DNA from: Candidatus Omnitrophota bacterium
GTDB taxonomy: Bacteria; Omnitrophota; Gorgyraeia; Zapsychrales; Fredricksoniimonadaceae
Reading direction: 5' to 3'
Length of the DNA stretch: 64,000 bases
Assembly: GCA_963828495.1 (NCBI GenBank)
Contig: CAWHFJ010000014.1
Location: 41,538-105,537, forward strand
Shown here: in pieces, positions 26,702 through 36,498 of the stretch
Layout: each line of letters begins with the position of its first letter
How positions within the stretch are numbered: position 1 is the first letter of the stretch
Made by a program: the position numbers and the translations under genes
Notes under the pieces: model-generated
What the model saw: the letters and a program-made list of their open reading frames with translations, nothing else
What the model was told of the DNA's origin: nothing
Databases searched by the model: none

Positions 26702-27731
26702 AGTCATCCCTCTTCTTCAAAAAGCCATCGAATATTACGCGACAGATATTCATCTGGTGGTGGACAAGCCCCCTATTTTTAGAATTCACGGAGAATTAAT
26801 CAGTTCGGACTTGCCGCCTCTAAAAAAAGAGGACCTTCAACAAACTATTTTGAGCATGATGACGGATGCCCAACGCAACACTTTCTTGGAAAAACAGGAC
26901 ATCGATCTGTCTTATTTGGGTGTTAAAAATTTTAACTTCCGGGTCAACGCCTACATAGAAAAAGGCAATCCCGCGGCCAACATCCGTATTCTTCCTACTC
27001 TCATACCCACAGCGCAGCAATTAGGGCTCCCTTCCATCATCGAAAAAATAGCCCGTAAACGCAAAGGGTTGATCATGATTTGCGGCCCTGCCGGAAGCGG
27101 AAAAACAACGACGATGAATTATATGGTGGACTTAATCAACAAAGAACGCCGTTGCAAAATTGTGATGATTGAAGACCCCCTCGAGTATATTCATGAATCT
27201 AAAAAAAGCCTGATTATCCAACGGGAAATAGGTACGCACACCGAATCTTTTGCCAGCGCTCTCAAACATGCCTTGCGTCAAGACCCCGATGTAGTGGTAG
27301 TCGGCGAAATCCGTGATGCGGAATCCATCTCCATGGCCTTAACCACTGCGGAAACAGGGCATCTGGTGTTGACCACATTACATGCCCCGGACGCGGTAGA
27401 AGCCATTAACCGCATCCTCGACGTTTACCCTCCGGGAAAACAAAGTCAAATCCGCTGTCAACTGGCTGAAAATCTTATCGGCATTATCGGACAAATACTC
27501 GTCCCCCTTCAAGACAGAGACGGCAGGACTTTGGTCACTGAAATCCTTGTCCCTAACCTATCTGTACGTAATATAATCCGACGGGGAGCGTTGCTTGAAA
27601 TCCGGGGGCAAATGGTAACGGGTGAGGAAGGGATGGGCACTTTTGAACAACAGCTGACCCAGTTGATCACCAACGGCGTCCTAACCAAAAACTACGCCAA
27701 AGAATTCGCCAAATTCCCTAATCTTTTATAA
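26688..27731 (+). CDS. pilT: PilT-type (twitching motility) secretion ATPase
   Basis: 347 aa from ATG 26688. ATDIHLVVDKPPIFRIHGEL, Walker A GPAGSGKTTT, GEIRD and TGHLVLTTLHA. Confidence 0.8.
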   Translation: MDYTKVIPLLQKAIEYYATDIHLVVDKPPIFRIHGELISSDLPPLKKEDLQQTILSMMTDAQRNTFLEKQDIDLSYLGVKNFNFRVNAYIEKGNPAANIRILPTLIPTAQQLGLPSIIEKIARKRKGLIMICGPAGSGKTTTMNYMVDLINKERRCKIVMIEDPLEYIHESKKSLIIQREIGTHTESFASALKHALRQDPDVVVVGEIRDAESISMALTTAETGHLVLTTLHAPDAVEAINRILDVYPPGKQSQIRCQLAENLIGIIGQILVPLQDRDGRTLVTEILVPNLSVRNIIRRGALLEIRGQMVTGEEGMGTFEQQLTQLITNGVLTKNYAKEFAKFPNLL

Positions 27732-27735
27732 AAAT

Positions 27736-28239
27736 CTACGTCTTATTAAACTTAAATGTTCCCACGGCCTTCTGCATGATCAGATTATCTTCTTGCTCAG
27801 CACTGCCATACGTAATTGTAAACGCGTAGCCTTTATTGAAAAACGCCATATAGGTCACAGGGATGGGATTGTGAGGATTGGGATTAAAATCCAGCTCTCT
27901 GGCGTACACACCATTTAAACGAATCTCTTTATCAGCAATCAAAGTCCCTCCATGGGCCTTGATCCCTTCATTAATCATTTTTTCAATATTCTCTTTAAGA
28001 GTTTTTTGGGTCTCCTGTGAGGAAAGTTTACGGCTGGCCAAAAATTGAATGTCAATCCCCACTGTTTTCCCATCCGGAAGGGCAACAACAATTTCTTCGG
28101 GATATTCAAACCAATGCCATCCTTGCGGGACATCCATACTGAATAATCCGTTCTTTTGAACATAGACCTTAGCCAAAACGGGGGCCAGCCCGCTGCCTAA
28201 GAATAATAAAGTGACGATACCTATGGTTAATATTTTCAT
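27736..28239 (-). CDS. secreted protein, unknown function
   Basis: Signal peptide MKILTIGIVTLLFLGSGLAPVLA. ATGA-coupled to the upstream regulator gene. Confidence 0.4.
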   Translation of the reverse strand: MKILTIGIVTLLFLGSGLAPVLAKVYVQKNGLFSMDVPQGWHWFEYPEEIVVALPDGKTVGIDIQFLASRKLSSQETQKTLKENIEKMINEGIKAHGGTLIADKEIRLNGVYARELDFNPNPHNPIPVTYMAFFNKGYAFTITYGSAEQEDNLIMQKAVGTFKFNKT

Positions 28240-28958
28240 GCCTCAATATCCTTAAACCGATAACCTACTCCCCTTACAGTTTCAATATAATTGTCGGCCT
28301 GGCCTAATTTTTTACGTAAACCGCGCACATGCACGTCTACCGCACGGTCAATGATAAACTTCCCTTCTTCCCAGACATTATCCAGAATTTGTTGGCGCGA
28401 CCATACCCTGCCCGGAGAACGGGAGAGAAATTCTACGATATTAAATTCAATAGCGGTCAATTTGACTTCCTGCCCTTTAAATAGAATTTTATGTTTCAAT
28501 AAATCAATATTTAAATCACCCCAAGCGCGCAGGTCTTCCGTTGCCAGGGAAGATTTCTGTAAATCAGACATGCGCCGTAGAATAGCTTTGATCCGTGCCA
28601 CCAGGATCCTGGGGCTGAACGGTTTGGGTATATAATCATCCGCGCCCATTTGCAGGCCAACCACCATGTCCATTTCTTCACCTTTAGCGGTGAGCATAAT
28701 AATAGGAATATTTTTGGTGGCCCGGTCATTTTTAAGCATGTGGCAGATTTCAAGTCCGTCAACTTCCGGCAACATCAAATCCAGGACAATCAAATCCGGC
28801 CGGACAGTACGGACAAATTCAACCACATGACTGCCATCATACAAACAATCGGTGTCATAATTTTCGGATTTTAAATTATAGGCAATAAGTTTGCTGATAT
28901 TACGGTCATCTTCAACAACTAAAATTTTCTTTTTAACCATGGCATCAATATACGCCAT
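28236..28958 (-). CDS. OmpR/PhoB-family response regulator (no adjacent kinase of its own)
   Basis: Receiver domain (ILVVEDD...DLIVLDLMLPEVDG...LTAKG) plus winged helix (VRGVGYRF). Confidence 0.85.
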   Translation of the reverse strand: MAYIDAMVKKKILVVEDDRNISKLIAYNLKSENYDTDCLYDGSHVVEFVRTVRPDLIVLDLMLPEVDGLEICHMLKNDRATKNIPIIMLTAKGEEMDMVVGLQMGADDYIPKPFSPRILVARIKAILRRMSDLQKSSLATEDLRAWGDLNIDLLKHKILFKGQEVKLTAIEFNIVEFLSRSPGRVWSRQQILDNVWEEGKFIIDRAVDVHVRGLRKKLGQADNYIETVRGVGYRFKDIEA

Positions 28959-28962
28959 GGGC

Positions 28963-29000
28963 GTGACAAAATCCTTAAAAGAATGTGAATTTTTTGTGAA
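28963..29000 (-). promoter_or_regulatory. Pho-box-like cassette, copy 3
   Basis: TTCACAaaaaaTTCACAttctttTAAGGATTTTGTCAC on the minus strand, ending 4 nt before ATG 28958. Confidence 0.55.
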
Positions 29001-29026
29001 TTCTGGAACAAGATTACGAAAGGAAG

Positions 29027-30805
29027 CTACGCGCGCGGGATGAAGAAACTAAAAACAGAACCTTGGCCCACCTCTGATCTGACCGAGACTTGGGCCTGAT
29101 GGGCCAAAATAATATGTTTGACGATAGAAAGCCCTAAACCGGTACCGCCCAAATCGCGAGAGCGGGCTTTATCCACACGATAAAAACGCTCAAATATCCT
29201 GGGAATATCTTTTTCCGGAATACCGATACCGGTATCGGCCACATCGATATGAACGGCCTGATCGTCAACACTCATGCCTACCTTAATAAAGCCGCCCTCA
29301 GGGGTGTATTTGACCGCATTATCCAAAAGATTTAAGAAAACCTGCGCCAGTCTTTTATCATCAGCCAGGACTTTAGGCAAATCACCGGGAGCATCTATGG
29401 ATACAGAGAGATTTTTGGTTTTGATCAATTTTTCCAAGACCCTCAGAGTGCGGTCTAAAACAGGCCTGATATCTAAAGGACTCAAAACTATATTCATCTT
29501 TCCCGACTCTATCTTGGATAGGTCCAACAGATCATCAATGAGGGCCGCCAGGCGATTGGAATCCTGATAAATAATGCTTATAAATTCCCTGAGCGAATCC
29601 TTGTCCTCCATCGCCCCGTCAAGAAGGGTCTCTGCATAACCTTTGATGCTCGATACGGGAGTGCGCAGTTCATGGGAAACATTGGCCACAAAATCCTGCC
29701 GGACCCTTTCCAATCTTCGCAGTTCCGTAATATCATGAAAAACTAACACCGCGCCCTCAAAAACATCATTCCTTATAATAGGGGCCGCATTGATCCTCAA
29801 TATTTGTTCCTGCGGATAAACAGTGACCATTTCCTGGCTAATCAACTTCTTTTTGTCTTTAAGGATGCGATCCACCACATCCTGTATCTGTGCGTTTCTG
29901 ATAACCTCTATCGGCGCTTTGGCTTCAGGAGCAGAATCCACAAAAAAAAGCTTTCGTAGCGACGGATTCATCAGAAGGATTTTCCCTTTTTCATCTACCA
30001 CCATGATCCCTTCAAACATACTGGATAAAACAGCATCCAGCTTAACGCTTTCCATTTTGATCTGATCTATTTTCCATTTTATTTCGTCCGACATATACGA
30101 CAATGCCCTGGCCAAATCACCCATTTCATCTTGGGAATAAAAAATGGATGGTTTGTGAGAAAAATCCCCCTCGGCCATGGCACGGGCTATCTTCGCCATT
30201 TCATTTAAGGGCCTGGAAACGACTAAAGAAATAACATACGTAAATGCCAGGCTCAGTAAAAATACCAATAACAAAGCACCGGCGATCATTTTCTGCAGGC
30301 GTCCTTCAAGCATTTCTATGTAAGAAAGGGCAACGGCATATCTTAAAAACCCATGATTTTGTCCCCTACCGAAAACAACAGCCATATAAAGCAGATATTT
30401 TCTGATTGTAGCACTGTATCTCTTATTGACGCCAAACCCCGTGCGCGCGGATTGTTGAACTTCAGGACGATGTAAATGGTTCTCAATTTTCTTCAATGCT
30501 ACGGTATTCAGGTCACTGTCTCCCAGCACTGTCCCATCCCAACGAATGATGGTGACCCTGACTTGCTGCTGTTGACCTACCCTTTTAGCGAAAACTTGGG
30601 GATCAAAGGACCCTTTAGAAAGCGCAAGCTGTTCTTCCAAAAGATCACGGCCTGATAACAGCTGATGCCGCAGATGGTCTTCAATGGTGCCTTCAACATA
30701 TACTTTGAGATGGGAAGTAAGATAGAAATAACCGCTAAAAAGGCCGAGAATAACAGCCAGACAAAATATAAACGTGAGTTTCCAGTGAAGTCTAATTTTC
30801 ATCAT
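29027..30805 (-). CDS. sensor histidine kinase, PhoR-like (TM-HAMP-PAS-HisKA-HATPase)
   Basis: SHELRTPVSSIKGY H-box, N/G boxes (NLLDNAVKYT, DTGIGI, GGTGLGLSIV) and two TM segments. The start overlaps the upstream RR stop. Confidence 0.85.
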   Translation of the reverse strand: MMKIRLHWKLTFIFCLAVILGLFSGYFYLTSHLKVYVEGTIEDHLRHQLLSGRDLLEEQLALSKGSFDPQVFAKRVGQQQQVRVTIIRWDGTVLGDSDLNTVALKKIENHLHRPEVQQSARTGFGVNKRYSATIRKYLLYMAVVFGRGQNHGFLRYAVALSYIEMLEGRLQKMIAGALLLVFLLSLAFTYVISLVVSRPLNEMAKIARAMAEGDFSHKPSIFYSQDEMGDLARALSYMSDEIKWKIDQIKMESVKLDAVLSSMFEGIMVVDEKGKILLMNPSLRKLFFVDSAPEAKAPIEVIRNAQIQDVVDRILKDKKKLISQEMVTVYPQEQILRINAAPIIRNDVFEGAVLVFHDITELRRLERVRQDFVANVSHELRTPVSSIKGYAETLLDGAMEDKDSLREFISIIYQDSNRLAALIDDLLDLSKIESGKMNIVLSPLDIRPVLDRTLRVLEKLIKTKNLSVSIDAPGDLPKVLADDKRLAQVFLNLLDNAVKYTPEGGFIKVGMSVDDQAVHIDVADTGIGIPEKDIPRIFERFYRVDKARSRDLGGTGLGLSIVKHIILAHQAQVSVRSEVGQGSVFSFFIPRA

Positions 30806-31493
30806 CGCCCTGATCGAATCTGTAACCCACACCCGGGACCGTATCAATAAACTTGGCGGCTTTACCCCCGAGTTTTTGTCTGATCCTTTTGATATGCGTG
30901 TCCACGGTACGTGTATAAATATCAGCATCAACACCCCATACATCTGAAAGCAAACTGTCTCTGGTCTGTACGCGTCCCTGCCTTTGCATCAACGTGACCA
31001 AAAGCTTAAACTCCATGGGCGTTAATTCAACTTCTTTGTCCTTAATAAGGACCTTGTGCCGAGGAATATCTACGCTCAATACATCGTGGGTTAAAATATC
31101 CTTATCCACTTGTGCTGTTTTGCCTCTACGCAAGACCGCTTTGATCCTTAAAATAAGTTCTCTGGGACTAAACGGCTTAACAATATAATCATCCGCGCCC
31201 AATTCAAACCCCACAACGCGGTCAACCTCTTCCCCTTTGGCGGTCAGCATAACAACAGGGATATTTTTGAACTTCTCATCCTGTTTGATATGACGACACA
31301 CCTCCAAACCATCCATACCAGGCAGCATCACATCCAAAAGGATAAGGTCCGCCGACCACCTGTCCATTATCTTGAACGCCTCTTCACCCGATGGGGCCGT
31401 CAAGCATTCGAAACCCGCCTTTTCCAAATTATACTTAATAAGTTTGGAAATATGTTTATCGTCTTCGATGATGAATATACGTTCTTTGGACAT
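30792..31493 (-). CDS. OmpR/PhoB-family response regulator
   Basis: IFIIEDDKHISKL...DLILLDVMLPGMDG...LTAKG and VPGVGYRF. Translationally coupled to the kinase. Confidence 0.85.
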   Translation of the reverse strand: MSKERIFIIEDDKHISKLIKYNLEKAGFECLTAPSGEEAFKIMDRWSADLILLDVMLPGMDGLEVCRHIKQDEKFKNIPVVMLTAKGEEVDRVVGFELGADDYIVKPFSPRELILRIKAVLRRGKTAQVDKDILTHDVLSVDIPRHKVLIKDKEVELTPMEFKLLVTLMQRQGRVQTRDSLLSDVWGVDADIYTRTVDTHIKRIRQKLGGKAAKFIDTVPGVGYRFDQGDDEN

Positions 31494-31540
31494 GAGGTGC
31501 ATTATACTGGGCTTAGAAATTAACGTCAATGAAACAAAAC

Positions 31541-32743
31541 TTAAAGACGATACACGCGCGGCAGGCGGTTGCCTAAAGAGCAGAGAATCTCATAACTGAT
31601 GGTGTCTGCCCAAAGGGCCACTTCATCCGCCCCCACCGTCGATCCTTGTTGAGAACCAATCAGAACGACTTCATCACCGACTTGGGGAATATAACCGGAA
31701 AGAGTCACTGCAGTGACATCTATGATAATCTGGTCCATCGTCACACGCCCTATCACCGGACAGCGCACACCTGCCACCACAACAAAAGCTTTATTAGACA
31801 AGGAACGTAAATATCCGTTGCTGTAGCCGATGGGTAATACCGCAACCGTAATATCTTCCTTGGCCTTAAACGTATGCCCGTAGCTGATCCCCCGCCCTTT
31901 GGCAATGGTCTGCACGAACATAATGCGCGTCTTGACCGACATCACGGGCTTTAAGTGGACCTTCTCCTTTAAATCTTCCTGGGGATAAACTCCGTAGAGC
32001 ATGATACCCGGACGGGCCAAATTCAAAAGATCGGACTTATAATCCCCCAACCCCATGCTGTTGCTGGCATGAACATAGGTAAACGTAATAAACTGATTCT
32101 CCAATAAAAAAACTATATCACGGAAATGGCGCATCTGGGTCAAAGTAAAATCGCGGTCCGTATCAGCCACGGGAAAATGAGTGTAAATACCTTCCAGGAT
32201 CAAATGGGGACATTCCCTGCGTAGTGTTTCCACAAAATCCAAAGCCTGATCTTCATTGACTCCCAGACGGCCCATGCCTGTGTCTATTTTAATATGGACG
32301 GGAGTTTGTATCCCGTCTTTTTCCGACCAATGATTAAGGGCTTGGGCCATTTCTATAGAACAAACCGTAGGCGTCAGCTTATAAGCAACAATGTCTTTGG
32401 CCTCTGACGTGAAATTGGATTCAAATAATAGAATCTTCTGTTTAAATGCCGCCGCACGCAGACTCACGCCTTCGGTGATGTTGGAAACAAGCCAGCATTT
32501 GCATCCGCACGCACTTAAAACTCGGGCCACCGGCAGCATGCCGTGGCCATAAGCATCCGCTTTGATGACCGGCATAATCCCTAAGGAATGCGACATATTC
32601 TTAGCGCCCAGCTTTTGCAACTGTTCAAAATTATAAGCCACGGCCGCCAGGTCGACTTCAACCCAGGTCGTGGCCTCATGCCGGGGACCATCGTTGGTCG
32701 TGGCCTCGTGCAGGAGACTATCGTTTGATGTTTTATCGTCCAT
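31541..32743 (-). CDS. alr: alanine racemase
   Basis: PLP-lysine motif MPVIKADAYGHG and conserved C-terminal beta domain. ATG 32743 preferred. Confidence 0.85.
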   Translation of the reverse strand: MDDKTSNDSLLHEATTNDGPRHEATTWVEVDLAAVAYNFEQLQKLGAKNMSHSLGIMPVIKADAYGHGMLPVARVLSACGCKCWLVSNITEGVSLRAAAFKQKILLFESNFTSEAKDIVAYKLTPTVCSIEMAQALNHWSEKDGIQTPVHIKIDTGMGRLGVNEDQALDFVETLRRECPHLILEGIYTHFPVADTDRDFTLTQMRHFRDIVFLLENQFITFTYVHASNSMGLGDYKSDLLNLARPGIMLYGVYPQEDLKEKVHLKPVMSVKTRIMFVQTIAKGRGISYGHTFKAKEDITVAVLPIGYSNGYLRSLSNKAFVVVAGVRCPVIGRVTMDQIIIDVTAVTLSGYIPQVGDEVVLIGSQQGSTVGADEVALWADTISYEILCSLGNRLPRVYRL

Positions 32744-33417
32744 TCTTTTTGACCTTTGAAACTTGGCAATCCTGCGGATATAAATACAAGGGCAGCAGGC
32801 TTGCGCTATCGTCGTATTGTTTTTTTTCAAACCGCTCAAAAGCCAAAGCCGCCATGACCTTAGCCTGAGGATACCAAAATTTTTCATCGCTGAAAAGACA
32901 TTTATGACAGGCCTTTTCAATATCCTTGCGGTAAATTCCCAATGCATCACCAACGAATAATGTCACACCTTTTAATTTTTTTAACACCTCGTCCAGCGAA
33001 GTCAATAAAAAACCACCCTGACGGCCACGAGCATCATACAAAGCCGCATATACCTTGCCACGGCGGGCATCGTTAAGCACACACATCTGATCACAATCAC
33101 CTAAACTGACACCTCGAGCGATAATGTCCAAAGAAGCAATCCCGACAACCGGTTTCCCCGTCGCCATGCCAAAAGCCTTGACCGTGGAAAGACCGACCCG
33201 CAGGCTGGTAAAAGACCCCGGCCCCAACGCAATGGCAAAGCCATCAAGCTGGCTGAATTCTATCCCGGCAGAATCCAGGACCTGGTCCATCACCGGCAAA
33301 ATAGAATCTTCCAACACTAAAGCGGATTTGATGTTCCGATAGCGCAGAACTTTCCTCATCTTGGCTTAGGGCTAATGAGAAGATTTTAGTTGAAGTTTCA
33401 AAGGACAAGAAATACAT
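32733..33417 (-). pseudogene. tsaB: tRNA t6A biosynthesis protein TsaB, one frame break near the 5' end
   Basis: GPGSFTSLRVGLSTVKAFG in the main ORF. The expected N-terminus MYFLSFETSTKIFSLALSQD is encoded from ATG 33417 in another frame. Confidence 0.75.
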
Positions 33418-33824
33418 ATTTTACGCCGATGCTCCCCTTTATGTTGAAATTTGACTAAATAGCGTGGTTTGATATTGTGTCCTCCTAAACGCTCGGACCA
33501 TTCGATGACCGTAATGCCCTGCCCATAGAGATATTCATCGAAATCCAGCGTGCCTATCTCTTGAGGGCTTTCCAGACGGTAAAGATCAAAATGATAAATC
33601 GGCAGCTTCCCCTTATAATAATTCATAAGGACAAAGGTCGGGCTATTGACTTGTTTTAAGTTGACCTTAAACGCTTGGGCCAGGCCTTTAACAAAGGTGG
33701 TCTTACCGGAACCTAAATCCCCTTGCAGAAAAATAATATCTCCGGCCTTTAGGTGTCCCGCCAGCCTCTGTGCACAAAGTTTGGTTTCTTCTTCGCTATT
33801 AGAAATGAGTGAAACCTTCGGCAT
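33372..33824 (-). CDS. tsaE: tRNA t6A biosynthesis ATPase TsaE
   Basis: P-loop LQGDLGSGKTTFVKG, HFDLYR and EW motifs. Confidence 0.8.
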   Translation of the reverse strand: MPKVSLISNSEEETKLCAQRLAGHLKAGDIIFLQGDLGSGKTTFVKGLAQAFKVNLKQVNSPTFVLMNYYKGKLPIYHFDLYRLESPQEIGTLDFDEYLYGQGITVIEWSERLGGHNIKPRYLVKFQHKGEHRRKICISCPLKLQLKSSH

Positions 33825-34674
33825 AAATTCTTTCTCTGGTATCCGCTGTGATGGTACCGACCGGATAAAAATAAAAAACCTTTTGGGCGGCCTGCCAATC
33901 CATGAGTTTACGGGCTTTATTTGGCGCCAGCGTAAAGGCAAGTTCAAAATCTTCCCCATCACCTAAAGCCTGGGATAAACTGACCCCCTTATGCCGCGGG
34001 ATGGATTCATGATCCAGCCGCGCCCCGACCCTGCTGGCTTTGAGAATATGGTTCAAGTCCCCGGCTAACCCGTCGGATATATCTATCATAGAGCTGGGCT
34101 TAAAATTCTCAACCAAAAATCGCCCTTGAGCCAGACGCGGCGTAAAATTCAAATGCCGTCCGCTGGCCAAAGATCCGCCCAAAGGTCCGGTCACAAAAAC
34201 CCAGTCACCGGCTTTGGCGCCATCGCGGGTCACTAAATATTTCTTCTCAACCTCACCCAACAACGCCACATTAATGACGATTTTATCCGTTTTAATAGTA
34301 TCCCCGCCGACAATACTGACATTAAAATCCTTGGCTGTGACCTGTATGCCTTTATATACCTCCTCGATAAAACGTACAGGTAAATTTTTGGGGACACCAA
34401 GAGAAACCACCGCAAAGGTCGGCCAGCCACCCATCGCCGCGATATCGCTGATACTACAAGCTAGGGCTTTGTGCCCGATTAATCGGGGCGGCATGCGACG
34501 TGTAAAATGCGCGTCTTGGGCCAACATATCAGTGGTCAACAGCAAATATGTGTCTTTGGTATAAGGCAACACAGCCGCGTCATCGCCGATTCCCTTAATA
34601 ACTGTCTTGGCAACAGGCGCGTATTTCTTAAGCGCATCGATTAAACCAAATTCACCTAATTGGGATATTTTCAT
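33799..34674 (-). CDS. thiL: thiamine-monophosphate kinase
   Basis: AIR-synthase-related fold; GIGDDAAVL N-terminal motif. Confidence 0.85.
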   Translation of the reverse strand: MKISQLGEFGLIDALKKYAPVAKTVIKGIGDDAAVLPYTKDTYLLLTTDMLAQDAHFTRRMPPRLIGHKALACSISDIAAMGGWPTFAVVSLGVPKNLPVRFIEEVYKGIQVTAKDFNVSIVGGDTIKTDKIVINVALLGEVEKKYLVTRDGAKAGDWVFVTGPLGGSLASGRHLNFTPRLAQGRFLVENFKPSSMIDISDGLAGDLNHILKASRVGARLDHESIPRHKGVSLSQALGDGEDFELAFTLAPNKARKLMDWQAAQKVFYFYPVGTITADTRERIYAEGFTHF

Positions 34675-35477
34675 TTTTCCTTATATGCCTCTACTTCCAG
34701 GCGCTGCATTTTAACATGAGCATAGCCGCGTTCATCTAAAGGATAACGCTCTATGTATCGCTGGGCGATTTCGGCCAGAAATTTATTTTGCAAACCGGCC
34801 GGAACGCGGCAGACATACGGGACCCATGTCGCCCTGATCCATCCTATCAGATCGTCCTTGCTGTTTTGGACCATGTCACGGGCCATCAGCTCAATACGTT
34901 GCGCTGTTAAACCGGATTTTTTGACCCAAACGCTATACTCCACCGGTGTATAAAAATGCCAGGGAAAAATAAAACCGCGAAAATATTTTTCCCATTGAGC
35001 CCCGGCAATGACTTCGTGACTAACAGCTAAAATGTCCGCTGCATTGCCTTTGCCCCCAAACTGCAGCAGTACCCGGCCATTAGTTTTGAGGCTGCGTTGA
35101 ATGCCTTTAAGCACCGGCAACTGATCTTTGATCCAGTGCAAGCAAGAGAAAGAAACCACTATATCGAATTTATTAGAGAAGGTCAACCGGCTGGCATCGC
35201 AGACCTTGAAAGAAAGGTTAGCCATTGCCGATGACGGAAAACTTTTCTTGGCGAAGCGAATCATTGCCACAGAGCTGTCAACGCCTTGCACACAACCGCC
35301 GGGCAATTTTTGCGCCAGGGCAAAGGTGAGTTTGCCGTTACCGCAACCGATGTCTAAAACAGTTTCATTGCCCCGCAGGTTAAGTTTGGCAATATTCTCC
35401 TGGCCCCACTTGACCTGCGCCGAGGAATGATTGGCGTAATCAGCTGCGTTCCATTGGTGTTTAGGGCTTTTGGACAT
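34671..35477 (-). CDS. class I SAM-dependent methyltransferase (Tam-like)
   Basis: VLDIGCGNGKLT motif I; W-x-A-x-x-Y N-terminus like trans-aconitate methyltransferases. Confidence 0.65.
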   Translation of the reverse strand: MSKSPKHQWNAADYANHSSAQVKWGQENIAKLNLRGNETVLDIGCGNGKLTFALAQKLPGGCVQGVDSSVAMIRFAKKSFPSSAMANLSFKVCDASRLTFSNKFDIVVSFSCLHWIKDQLPVLKGIQRSLKTNGRVLLQFGGKGNAADILAVSHEVIAGAQWEKYFRGFIFPWHFYTPVEYSVWVKKSGLTAQRIELMARDMVQNSKDDLIGWIRATWVPYVCRVPAGLQNKFLAEIAQRYIERYPLDERGYAHVKMQRLEVEAYKEK

Positions 35478-36498
35478 GGATATTCTTACCATAAGGCGGA
35501 TAAATAATCCCGTATTCGGTCACAATCCCTGTAATCAACTTCGCCGGTGTCACGTCAAATGCGGGATTATACACTTTAACGCCGCGAGGCGCTATTGCCA
35601 TGCCGGCAAAATGTGTCACCTCTTCGCTTTTGCGCTCTTCAATAGGAATTTGTTTGCCGGATTTAATCGCCAGATCAAAACTCGAACGCGGGGCTACGAT
35701 ATAAAAAGGGATTTTATGATACCGGGCCAATACAGCTAGCATATACGTACCGATTTTATTGGCCGTGTCCCCGTTAGAAGCAATGCGGTCAGCGCCGGCC
35801 AAAATAATGTCTACTTGGCCACGGGCCATCAATGAGGCCGCCATATTATCGCAAATAAGCGTGGTGTCTATTTTCTGACACAGAAGCTCCCAACAAGTCA
35901 GCCTCGCCCCCTGCAATAACGGACGCGTCTCGAGAGAGTAAACACTGAATTTTTTGGCCTTTCTTTTAGCCGTGTAAAAAACCCCTAAAGCCGTGCCATA
36001 ATCCGCCGTGGCCAGGGCCCCGGCATTACATATCGTTAAACAACGCATGCCGTTGACAATCAGCTTCGCTCCATGCTCTCCCATGCGCCGGCACACATCC
36101 TGGTCAGCCTTAAAAATAGTCATGGCCTCTTTAAAAAGCAATTTCTTTAAAAGAGTCACATTGGCCTGAGGATGAAGAGCCACGACCTTACGCATTTCAT
36201 CAAGTCTGTTAAAAAGATTAACGGCCGTCGGACGGGCCGTAGCTAAATAATCACAGGTTTTATAAAAAAGTTTTAAAAATTTGGATCTGTCCTGGCCTTT
36301 AAATTTCTGTAGCCCCAACAGCACACCAAAAGCCGCGGCTACACCTATAGCCGGTGCCCCGCGTACGGACAAACGTTTGAGTGCCTGCACAAGCGCATTG
36401 ACGTTGTGGCAATAGATATATTCAAATTTATTCGGAAGTTTGGTTTGGTCAATGATGCGAACACTCCCATTGACCCATTTGATGGTTTCGATAGCCAT
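35461..36498 (-). CDS. mtnA: S-methyl-5-thioribose-1-phosphate isomerase (eIF-2B family)
   Basis: IIDQTKLP...VRGAPAIGVAAAFG...GADRIASNGDTANKIGTY. Confidence 0.8.
   Translation of the reverse strand: MAIETIKWVNGSVRIIDQTKLPNKFEYIYCHNVNALVQALKRLSVRGAPAIGVAAAFGVLLGLQKFKGQDRSKFLKLFYKTCDYLATARPTAVNLFNRLDEMRKVVALHPQANVTLLKKLLFKEAMTIFKADQDVCRRMGEHGAKLIVNGMRCLTICNAGALATADYGTALGVFYTAKRKAKKFSVYSLETRPLLQGARLTCWELLCQKIDTTLICDNMAASLMARGQVDIILAGADRIASNGDTANKIGTYMLAVLARYHKIPFYIVAPRSSFDLAIKSGKQIPIEERKSEEVTHFAGMAIAPRGVKVYNPAFDVTPAKLITGIVTEYGIIYPPYGKNIHVQKP

Noticed and set aside
32666-32713. 30-nt-period direct repeat GGTCGTGGCCTC(A/G)TGC in the alr 5' region, encoding HEATT twice.
   Set aside because: A small local duplication in a non-conserved N-terminal tail; no further structure or copies noticed.
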